A stretch of DNA of 64,000 nucleotides. Source: Christensenella sp. UBA5489. GTDB taxonomy: Bacteria; Bacillota; Clostridia; Christensenellales; UBA1242. Location of the stretch: assembly GCA_002424095.1 (NCBI GenBank), contig DIPL01000001.1, positions 2,184 to 66,183 of the forward strand, written 5' to 3'. Below the pieces are notes generated by a model that did no database searches, was not told the DNA's origin, and was given only the letters and a program-made list of their open reading frames with translations. Position numbers and translations under genes: made by a program. This document shows positions 8,288 through 16,935 of the stretch, one piece after another. How positions within the stretch are numbered: the first letter of the stretch is position 1; every line of letters begins with the position of its first letter.

Positions 8288-9712
8288 TTGCGAGAAGTTG
8301 TAAATCAAATTTTAAAAATTGAAAACATATTAAAAACAAGAAATCAAACAAATTCTAAACTTAAAAAGTATAACAAAGGTTCGTTGATTCATAAAAAGCA
8401 AATGCAGTTTCATAAATGCAAAAAACGTAATCGCTGGGTTTTCGGAGGCAATCGAAGTGGTAAAACTGAATGCGGTGCAGTTGAAACAGTTTGGCTTGCA
8501 CGTGGAATTCATCCATACAAAGAAAACAAGAAAAATATAAGCGGTTGGATTGTTTCGCTGTCGCATCAAGTTCAAAGAGATGTTGCACAAAACAAAATTT
8601 TAGAATATATAAATCCTTATTGGATTAAAGAAGTTGTAATGCGTGAAGGGCGGAAAAGCAGTGCGAAATATGGAATAATTGATTTTATTCTCATAAAAAA
8701 TGTTTTCGGCGGTGCAAGTAAACTTGCTTTTAAGTCGTGCGATCAAGGGCGAGAAAAATTTCAAGGAACAAGTCTTGATTTTGTTTGGTTTGATGAAGAG
8801 CCACCGCAAGATATTTATCGTGAATGTCAAATGCGTGTTATGGATAAAAAAGGTGAAATTTTCGGAACAATGACACCGCTTAAAGGGCTAACGTGGGTTT
8901 ATGATGAAATATACTTAAATCAATGTGCCGACAGCGAAGTTTGGTCAATTTTTATGGAATGGAACGATAATCCATTTTTAAATAAAGAAGAAATTACACA
9001 TTTAACGCAAACACTTTCAAGTGATGAATTGGAAAGCAGGCGCTACGGCCGTTTTATTCATAACGGCGGATTAGTCTATGGTGAATTTGACCCATCTATT
9101 CATATAATTGAGCCGTTTAATGTGCCGACTGAGTGGTATGATAATATTTCAATTGACCCGGGACTGAATAATCCTTTATCAGCACATTGGTATGCAGAAG
9201 ATTTTGATGGAAACATTTACGTAATTGCAGAACATTATGAAGCACGGCAAACAGTTCTATATCACGCAAGCAAAATCAAAGAAATATGCCAAACTTTGAA
9301 TTGGCCGTTGTTTCAAGGCAAAGTCCGTGCTTTAATTGACAGTGCATCAAATCAAAGAACGCTTGCGGGCGAAAAATCCGTGAGTGAACTTTTTAATGAC
9401 TGCGGAATTTTAGTAAGTACTTCGGTTAATAAAGATTTATTCAGCGGAATTAATAAAGTTAAATGGTTTTTAAAGGATGTAGAAAACAAAACTCGTCTTT
9501 TTATATTTAAATCTTGCGTAAATCTAATAAGAGAAATCAAAGGTTACAGTTGGGGCAATGGCGAAAAACCGATGAAAAAAAATGACCACGCACTTGATGA
9601 ATTGAGATATTATTTAATGTCAAAGAACAGTAGAACAGAAAAACCAAATAAAACCGAAATTCAAAAAAACAAAGAAAAATTAATTCGAAAAATAAAAAAT
9701 ACAAATTTTTGA
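8288..9712 (+). CDS. terL: Phage terminase large subunit (P22-like ATPase plus RNase H-like nuclease)
   Basis: Walker A GGNRSGKT, Walker B WFDEEPP, TMTP, nuclease IDPG and DHALDELRY; start re-assigned to TTG after GGAG. Confidence 0.92.
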   Translation: MREVVNQILKIENILKTRNQTNSKLKKYNKGSLIHKKQMQFHKCKKRNRWVFGGNRSGKTECGAVETVWLARGIHPYKENKKNISGWIVSLSHQVQRDVAQNKILEYINPYWIKEVVMREGRKSSAKYGIIDFILIKNVFGGASKLAFKSCDQGREKFQGTSLDFVWFDEEPPQDIYRECQMRVMDKKGEIFGTMTPLKGLTWVYDEIYLNQCADSEVWSIFMEWNDNPFLNKEEITHLTQTLSSDELESRRYGRFIHNGGLVYGEFDPSIHIIEPFNVPTEWYDNISIDPGLNNPLSAHWYAEDFDGNIYVIAEHYEARQTVLYHASKIKEICQTLNWPLFQGKVRALIDSASNQRTLAGEKSVSELFNDCGILVSTSVNKDLFSGINKVKWFLKDVENKTRLFIFKSCVNLIREIKGYSWGNGEKPMKKNDHALDELRYYLMSKNSRTEKPNKTEIQKNKEKLIRKIKNTNF

Positions 9713-9755
9713 ATTATCTGATTATTTTACTTCTTGAAGAATAATTGCTACATAA

Positions 9756-9784
9756 TTGACATAATTTCGAACTTATTGTATAAT
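9756..9784 (+). promoter_or_regulatory. Consensus sigma-A promoter driving the three-paralog cassette
   Basis: TTGACA-N17-TATAAT. Confidence 0.75.
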
Positions 9785-9869
9785 GAAAACATAAAAAATG
9801 TAGAGATTAAATCAAGAAAAACCGAACAAAAACATATAAAAAAATTTCTTATACATAAAGGAAAGAAAT

Positions 9870-11156
9870 ATGAAAAGAGTTGTTGTATCGCCAGAAAAGC
9901 CAGTGCAAAAAATCAAAAGACTACCAAAAGACTATCGAGAATTGAAATCTGATGAAAATCCATACATAGCAAAATTAATTTCTTATATACAAGAAAAATA
10001 TCCCTATAATTATGTTAGCGATAATCGTGGAAATATAAACGAAGCATTAACAAAACGTTTCATTGCCCATAATCTTTTAACAGACTTTGAAGATACTGGC
10101 GATATGATACAATTTGTAAAATTTTATGCTTCTTTTATTTTATCAAAACACGGAATCAATGAAATTGAATATTATCAAAAATCTGTTGGCTTGGAAGATT
10201 CTTATTCGACAAATAATTATATGAGAGAAAATAAAATACATTTGCCTTTATATAGATTTACAAGTTCTCGGGACATTAAACGTCTTTTAGCAACAATGAG
10301 ATACATTGAAGAAGATATAATTTATCAACAAAATTTCATCAACGGCACAGGTTTAAATAAAAAAATAACAAATCCATGTAGATTTCCAGATAGATTTCAA
10401 GTTGATTATGCAAATGAAAGAGTGCGAGATTTCTTTCAATTTTTGGAAAGATTTGTTTCTCGTCCAAAAACGGTTATAAATAACGAAACCAAAACTTATT
10501 CAATGGATTATATAAACAGTTATATGATACGAAAAAATGACATAAGTCAACAGTTGGCATTTGACTCTTCGGTTTCTGAAATGAATAACATTTATGAATA
10601 TTTGAAATATGTTCATAATAATGATTTTGTCAACCCAGCCGAAAAAGAAAAAGCAGATTCAAATTTTGAAATTATAAAAGATGAATTGTTTAAATATAAT
10701 CTAAATTCTAAACAGCAACACAAGCGTTGGAGAGAATCAAACCAGTCAAACAAGGAATTTGAAACAATGGATAATATGATAAAAGAAAAATATTATGAAT
10801 ATTGCGAAAGATGCCTTGTAGACGAATTTGAAATAATAAACGAAAGTGCACAGTGGGAACTTCTCTCGCAAGGAATGAAAATTGCTAGATATTATAATTC
10901 AGATTTGGCTCAAAGATTATATGAAAGATGTTTTGAACTTGGGGCATATAAAGCGTGTTTAACTCTTTTAGATGCACCTAAATTTCCGGCTACCGAAAAA
11001 CAATTAAACGAACTTATCACTGAATATATTGATGAACCTGATTTTGAGAAAAATTTATATGAATACTTAATTAATTTTGATAAAGATTTTTTACGTAAAT
11101 CTTATATAAAAAATCAGACTTTAAATCAAAACAAAGATGAAGAGTATGTTTTATAA
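9870..11156 (+). CDS. Hypothetical protein, paralog 1 of tandem triplet
   Basis: 428-aa ORF; C-terminal domain visibly similar to the next two ORFs. Confidence 0.75.
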   Translation: MKRVVVSPEKPVQKIKRLPKDYRELKSDENPYIAKLISYIQEKYPYNYVSDNRGNINEALTKRFIAHNLLTDFEDTGDMIQFVKFYASFILSKHGINEIEYYQKSVGLEDSYSTNNYMRENKIHLPLYRFTSSRDIKRLLATMRYIEEDIIYQQNFINGTGLNKKITNPCRFPDRFQVDYANERVRDFFQFLERFVSRPKTVINNETKTYSMDYINSYMIRKNDISQQLAFDSSVSEMNNIYEYLKYVHNNDFVNPAEKEKADSNFEIIKDELFKYNLNSKQQHKRWRESNQSNKEFETMDNMIKEKYYEYCERCLVDEFEIINESAQWELLSQGMKIARYYNSDLAQRLYERCFELGAYKACLTLLDAPKFPATEKQLNELITEYIDEPDFEKNLYEYLINFDKDFLRKSYIKNQTLNQNKDEEYVL

Positions 11157-11215
11157 TAAATTAAAAATAAGGTAAGAAAACCAAAAAATTTACAAAAGAA
11201 AAATGGAGAAAAAAA

Positions 11216-12400
11216 ATGATAAATTTCAACAAAAATACAGAAGAAATTGACGAAAAAGAGATAATGAAATATCCAGTAAAACAGTTGCATTCTGCTATTT
11301 TATCAAAAGAAGAACTTTTGAAAAGTATGTTTAATGAAATTGCTGGCAAACTACTCGAATTTGAAACCTTGTCCGAGGAAGACCAATATAATTTAATTGA
11401 ATTATATATGTGCTATGCTGTAACTCGCGAAAATTTAACCGATGTAGTCCAAACGCCCGATATAAGTTTAAAAACAAATATTCGCAATGATATGTGGGTT
11501 CCGAATATTTATTTGTCATTAAAAAATAAAGATATTAAAGATTTAATGAAACGTTTATGGCATATTGAATATGAAATTGCACATATAAAAGAAACTCGTG
11601 CTTTAAATCCATATAAGACCGATAAAGTTGGAAACATTCAAGAAATTGATGCGAATACGGAAATTTCCGAAGAAGATACAACAGACTTTTTTTTGCATTG
11701 GAAAGATGGATTAACTTTTATTGATTTTTTTCATTTCCATTTTCCACACGAGAAAAGAGCAAGAGAAACTTGTTTAAAAAAAATAACGGAATTGCACGAT
11801 GAAATGGAAAGGATTCACGATGTTGAAAAAACAGGAAGAAATAATCCAAAATTGCAAAAAGAAGCACTTTTAATCAACGGGACGAAAAACGCAATTCAAT
11901 GGGTCAATGAATATTATAAGGCATACTATAACATAAAAAATACAAGATTTTTTCTTGAAAATTTAAGAAAAGAAGAAAAGCAGATAAGACAAAAATTTCA
12001 CGATATTATTGCACCCGAAAACACCGATGACTTAATATCAGTTAGAAAAAATGGAGATTTATCAAATCTAGCACAAGGTTTAAAACATCGAAATTTTTAC
12101 GATGTAAAAGTTGCCGATAAAATATATAACAATGCTTTAAAATGTGATGAATATAAAGCCTGTCTAACAATTCTAAATCTTTTAGATTATCCTGTCGATG
12201 AAAAACAAATAAAAGATTTGATTATGAAATATGATGACAATAAACATTTTTGCCAAGATTATTTCGAAATGATGACAAATTTTCATGATGAATATCTTGC
12301 AGGATTATACCTCGATGCTTGGCACGAAAAATTTAAAAGCCAAAATAGATGTTTTGAAAAGCCGACACGAGTAAAGGAAACACCCGAAATGTCGTCGTAA
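11216..12400 (+). CDS. Hypothetical protein, paralog 2 of tandem triplet
   Basis: 394-aa ORF, GGAG RBS; shared C-terminal domain. Confidence 0.75.
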   Translation: MINFNKNTEEIDEKEIMKYPVKQLHSAILSKEELLKSMFNEIAGKLLEFETLSEEDQYNLIELYMCYAVTRENLTDVVQTPDISLKTNIRNDMWVPNIYLSLKNKDIKDLMKRLWHIEYEIAHIKETRALNPYKTDKVGNIQEIDANTEISEEDTTDFFLHWKDGLTFIDFFHFHFPHEKRARETCLKKITELHDEMERIHDVEKTGRNNPKLQKEALLINGTKNAIQWVNEYYKAYYNIKNTRFFLENLRKEEKQIRQKFHDIIAPENTDDLISVRKNGDLSNLAQGLKHRNFYDVKVADKIYNNALKCDEYKACLTILNLLDYPVDEKQIKDLIMKYDDNKHFCQDYFEMMTNFHDEYLAGLYLDAWHEKFKSQNRCFEKPTRVKETPEMSS

Positions 12401-12463
12401 GATACCGACTCCAAAAATTGAGCAGTTGAATTAAATATAGTAAAAAAGGTACGTAGAATAATA

Positions 12464-13786
12464 ATGCAAATAAAAAAACTTCCATTAATCAAAAACGAAG
12501 ATGAAAATAAATTACTTAATCACCTTAACGAAGCGGCATTTGATATTGTTTTGAGAGCAGGTAGTGCTGACAAAATCGAAGATTTTTCTATTTCAAACGA
12601 AGAATTCGATTTTGAGCAGTGGCTAATGCTAAATCCTGACGATAAAAGCATGGAACAGATGAGCGCTTTGATTGAATTATATGTCGCTTATAGAGCAAAG
12701 AAACTTAGAATTAAAAATTTATCATACACGCAAGATGAAGAGTATTCAGGGCTAGATCCATTGCAAAAATCAAGAGTAATTTTTTTGCCAAATTTTCTTT
12801 TTTATCCACAGTCAATGAAAGATTTTTTATTAAACGCAGGGACAATCGAGCAACTGCTTATATACAAAAAATACGAAAGGAAAAAGTTAAGAAAATCGAG
12901 GGAAAAAGGAATAATTTACAATCAAAATTTTGATTATTTAAGTAAATATTTAACCTATAAATATAAAATGTTGCCTACTGATTCGCCTTATATGAAAGTC
13001 GACCAACACGAAAGCATAATTTCCGAATTTAACAGCGAACTGAGAGTGAAAGCCAATTATGCAATTGAAGATATGGTTTTAAATTTGCATAGAACTTTTC
13101 AAAATGCATTATTAAACAACCGTAACCAATATAGTAAAAATGAAATTAAAATACTAAAAGATGAGTTAGAATATGCGGAACTTATAAGCAAAGGTTTTAA
13201 TCTTTGCGAAGAACGTTTGCGGAAAGATTATTACAGCGATGAAGCAATTGAAAAATTAACAGATTTGCAATTACAAACAAAAAATGACTATTATAATTTA
13301 TGTACCAAGTGTTTAAATGGAAAACCAAGATTTCACGATGTCGAATGGATTATCCTAACAACTGGACTAGCACATCCTATGCTCTATGATGATGAATTGG
13401 CAGATGCCTTTTATGAAGCATGTTTCGAACGTAGGTTAGTGCAGGGCTGTTTTAATATTTTGAATTCACCTGAACATATACTTGACGCAGATGAATTGGC
13501 GGGAAATTTAGAGGAATTAATTTTAATAGGAAAAGACGACCCTTATTTTGAACAAGTCTATTATAATATGCTTGATAATTTTGATTTTGAATTCTTAAAA
13601 AGTTTTTATAATATTATATTGAAAGAAAACAAAAGAAATGTAACTTTTATGAATAAGGCAGGGCAAACCGTATACGCCGATAAATTAATAGGGAATAAAG
13701 AAAAGCAACTGAAATATTATTTCTTGGAAGACATAAGTCTTGAAAAATTACTCGGAGTTAAGTCATCATCCGAATTAGAAAGATGA
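12464..13786 (+). CDS. Hypothetical protein, paralog 3 of tandem triplet
   Basis: 440-aa ORF; shared C-terminal domain. Confidence 0.75.
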   Translation: MQIKKLPLIKNEDENKLLNHLNEAAFDIVLRAGSADKIEDFSISNEEFDFEQWLMLNPDDKSMEQMSALIELYVAYRAKKLRIKNLSYTQDEEYSGLDPLQKSRVIFLPNFLFYPQSMKDFLLNAGTIEQLLIYKKYERKKLRKSREKGIIYNQNFDYLSKYLTYKYKMLPTDSPYMKVDQHESIISEFNSELRVKANYAIEDMVLNLHRTFQNALLNNRNQYSKNEIKILKDELEYAELISKGFNLCEERLRKDYYSDEAIEKLTDLQLQTKNDYYNLCTKCLNGKPRFHDVEWIILTTGLAHPMLYDDELADAFYEACFERRLVQGCFNILNSPEHILDADELAGNLEELILIGKDDPYFEQVYYNMLDNFDFEFLKSFYNIILKENKRNVTFMNKAGQTVYADKLIGNKEKQLKYYFLEDISLEKLLGVKSSSELER

Positions 13787-14093
13787 TACTTTAAAACAAA
13801 TTATAGACTAATGATTTTTATTAAACATAAGTAAAAGGCTAAAAAAGCAAAACCAAAATTGATAAAACAAAAGAACATCTAAAAAGCATCACTTGCAGGC
13901 TATGATTTTTTGTTTCACATTTTTTATATTTTATAAAACAATCAATAAAAAAATATTGTAGAATTTTCATATTTTATATGTTTTTATTTGTATTTTTGTT
14001 TAAATATGGTATAATAAATTTAAAAATAGCAACAGAAAAATTTAAAAATTCAAATTCAATGGATTTTTGTTTTTAGCATTAAATGGAGATTTA

Positions 14094-16343
14094 ATGAAAA
14101 AAATTTTAATGTTTTTTATTATGATTTCTCTTATATCAGGCTCGGCAATAGGCATTGCGTTTGGGTTAAATTCTTATAGCTTGAATTTAAAAGTTTATGC
14201 TGCTGAACCTGTTGTTTTAACTAATCAAAATTTTACAACAGAAATTTCTTCACCCGATAACACAGATTTTATTTTATCAGAGGACATAACTCTTGATTAT
14301 TGGACGCCGATTAATTTCAATGGCAACCTTAACGGAAACGGTTTCGCCATAATTGTCGACAAAAATTTATTTAATAATTTAGACGGGGCAAAAATAACGA
14401 ACTTAGGTATTATTTTGAGTGAAGAATATATTTTTGACAACACAGGTTATACGCAGCCAAATTCAGATTTTGGGATTTTGGCAAAGTGTGCCGACTCATC
14501 AGAAATTGAAAATGTGTTTGCCGTTGGGAATTTTCAAGTTAAGGCAAAATCATCATTTCACGTAGGCGGCTTAATTGGCTGGACTAATGGTTCAATAATT
14601 AAAAATTCTTATGTAAAGACGCAGTTTTCGGCAATACAATTTTCCAGCGTAGCAAATTTGAGCATAATTGGTGGTTTTGTCGGCAAACTTTCAAATTCAA
14701 CCGTTCTTAACTCTTTTGCTATTCCATCGACACCGTTGTCATCATCAATGCCTTTACCAAACATTTTAAGCGGAACAGTAGATGACACGCTCATAAATCC
14801 ACAAACAAAATTATATATTGGTGGTTTTGCAGGTCTTGCCGAATGTGGTTCGGCTGGTCTTATTTCGAATATTTTTTGCGGTGGTGCATTTTCTTATTCT
14901 TATGAAGGTTTCCCGCAAGGTGGTGATGATTATATTTTAAAAGGCAAAATTTTTGGAGAAGTCAATGACTTTACTTCTGAATATTTGTCTTTTTGCCATA
15001 CTTTTAATAATCAGTCCGAAATTGAATTTATTGGGAGTACAAACAACGGCTATGTTTATAATAATTTTTCATTTAAAGATAATGCGGTTTTCGGTGAGAT
15101 ATTAAATTTCTCCCCCACCGCCGAAATCGACGATGTGCCACTTTGGAATTTTTTACATAACTGGAACACAACTTCGGTTTGGGCAAAAAAAGAATCAGCG
15201 CAGTTTATAATTTTGCAACCATTTGAACTCTTTTCAGTAACAATAGAAAACAGTTTAAACGACGAAAGTGTCGAATGTAAAATTTTTATTTTCGAAAATG
15301 ATGAATTCATCGAATCTAGTGAAACATCCTTTAAGTTTGGAACTCAACTAAAAATTGAAATAAAAATAATGAACGATTTCTTGCATTATAAACAAATAAA
15401 ATCTTTAACAAAAACAGATTCAACTTTTGATGCCGATTTAGTATGTAATGAAGAACTAACAGAGGCTTCTTTCGTGTTTACACTAGACGCAAGTTTTTCA
15501 GGTTCATACTATGGCACAACGAATAGCATTGACTTTTCTCTAATTGTCAGAACCGAGGACAGCGGAAAAGGGTTTGTCAATTATGGGACATCAAATGAAA
15601 ATCGAACTTTAATCCAATATCCGATTAATTATGGCGGTTTTGGATATGCTTTCAACGCAAAGCCAGTGAGCGATTCATATGCTTTTTCAAAATGGAACTG
15701 GATTGATGAACATGGTGAAAAAACTGTCGCTTTGCGTGGCGCTCCTGAAAATAGTTTGAATGCAAGACAATCGATTTTGATTGCTTTCGGAAAAAGTGGA
15801 AGTGATTCTGAATTAACATATTTGAATTTAGAAGGAAGTCCATCAATTCCACATACTATTGATGAAGAAACGGGCATAATAACCTTTACAATTGAAGCCG
15901 AATTCACCACAAATGTTTGCACTTTAAAAATAGAATCGCCAGTGAATAAAGAAAGTTGCACAATATATGTTGGTGGAATATTAATTGAAAATATAGTTGA
16001 TTTTGCAAATATCTATGAAGCAAGTGTGCAGGTTGGACAGCCAGTTGAAATTAAAATTGAAATGAAAGAAGATTTTATTTTTAAAGGGTGGAAAACTGGT
16101 AGCGGTCGACCGATAGCCGATTATATAAAAAATGATGAAACAGCAATGTCAACGACAATTAATTTAGTTTTGCCAAATGATTTTATTCTTTTCCTAGATT
16201 TTTATGAAGAAGTCGAACAGGAAGCAGATTTACTTTGGCTTTGGATTTCGCTGGGAGTAGTTGGCGGCGGCGGATTAATTGCTTTAACAATTTTCTTGAT
16301 TATTCGTTCAAGGAAAAATAGAGCATTTTTAAGGCACTATTAA
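14094..16343 (+). CDS. Surface protein with GLUG-like repeats, InlB-B/Flg_new-like repeats and C-terminal membrane anchor
   Basis: Signal peptide MKKILMFF..., FNGNLNGNG, VGGLIG/IGGFVG/IGGFAG, YAFSKW/FIFKGW, C-terminal TM plus RSRKNR. Confidence 0.7.
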   Translation: MKKILMFFIMISLISGSAIGIAFGLNSYSLNLKVYAAEPVVLTNQNFTTEISSPDNTDFILSEDITLDYWTPINFNGNLNGNGFAIIVDKNLFNNLDGAKITNLGIILSEEYIFDNTGYTQPNSDFGILAKCADSSEIENVFAVGNFQVKAKSSFHVGGLIGWTNGSIIKNSYVKTQFSAIQFSSVANLSIIGGFVGKLSNSTVLNSFAIPSTPLSSSMPLPNILSGTVDDTLINPQTKLYIGGFAGLAECGSAGLISNIFCGGAFSYSYEGFPQGGDDYILKGKIFGEVNDFTSEYLSFCHTFNNQSEIEFIGSTNNGYVYNNFSFKDNAVFGEILNFSPTAEIDDVPLWNFLHNWNTTSVWAKKESAQFIILQPFELFSVTIENSLNDESVECKIFIFENDEFIESSETSFKFGTQLKIEIKIMNDFLHYKQIKSLTKTDSTFDADLVCNEELTEASFVFTLDASFSGSYYGTTNSIDFSLIVRTEDSGKGFVNYGTSNENRTLIQYPINYGGFGYAFNAKPVSDSYAFSKWNWIDEHGEKTVALRGAPENSLNARQSILIAFGKSGSDSELTYLNLEGSPSIPHTIDEETGIITFTIEAEFTTNVCTLKIESPVNKESCTIYVGGILIENIVDFANIYEASVQVGQPVEIKIEMKEDFIFKGWKTGSGRPIADYIKNDETAMSTTINLVLPNDFILFLDFYEEVEQEADLLWLWISLGVVGGGGLIALTIFLIIRSRKNRAFLRHY

Positions 16344-16364
16344 TTTAGATATAGAACAATTAAT

Positions 16365-16389
16365 AAGTCGAAAATTTTCGACTTTTTTT
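16365..16389 (+). terminator. Intrinsic terminator separating surface-protein gene from terS operon
   Basis: AAGTCGAAA/TTTCGACTT hairpin plus T-run. Confidence 0.7.
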
Positions 16390-16422
16390 ATTTAAAATGA
16401 TTTATAAAAAAATATTCAAAAT

Positions 16423-16468
16423 TATGTCCTATAAATACTCTTTTTAAAAAAATGTGTGTTATTATAAT
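16423..16468 (+). promoter_or_regulatory. Putative activator-dependent (late-type) promoter, copy 2, upstream of terS
   Basis: TATGTC-N28-TGTTATTATAAT without a canonical -35. Confidence 0.5.
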
Positions 16469-16508
16469 GCAAATTAAGAAAAGGTTCAACGACACATAAG
16501 GAAAAGCA

Positions 16509-16829
16509 ATGGAGAATAATGAAACTCAAATAAAAAATGCACTAATTAAAAAAGCAATTGGCTATAACACAAAAGAAACGGCGGAGGAATATGCGATTTC
16601 TGACGGCGATGAAATATTAAGTAAAAAAAAGATTTCAATTAAACATTTTCCCCCTGATGTGTCAGCAATTAAACTTTTTCTCTTATATTACGGCGAAAAA
16701 TCTGCGGAGATGCTTAACGAATTATCAGATGAAGATTTAGAAACGGAGAAAATCAGATTACTTAAAAGTTTAAAAGATGAACCGACAAAAGAACAAAACG
16801 ACTTATTGAAAGAGTTAAAAAAAACATAG
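16509..16829 (+). CDS. Putative terminase small subunit lacking N-terminal HTH
   Basis: IKNALIKKAIGY...KHFPPDVSA resembles the C-terminal half of Firmicutes phage TerS; first gene of head operon. Confidence 0.65.
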   Translation: MENNETQIKNALIKKAIGYNTKETAEEYAISDGDEILSKKKISIKHFPPDVSAIKLFLLYYGEKSAEMLNELSDEDLETEKIRLLKSLKDEPTKEQNDLLKELKKT

Positions 16830-16935
16830 AATTTTAAAACAAACATTATAAAAAAACTAAATGAAATGCTTTTGAATTTATTCAAAAACATTTTTTTAAT
16901 TCCAAAATCAGAAACAAAATTTCAAAGGAGATTAA

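Noticed and set aside
9734..9952. 72-aa ORF from the track
   Set aside because: Overlaps the consensus promoter and the start of the 428-aa ORF, no RBS; likely spurious
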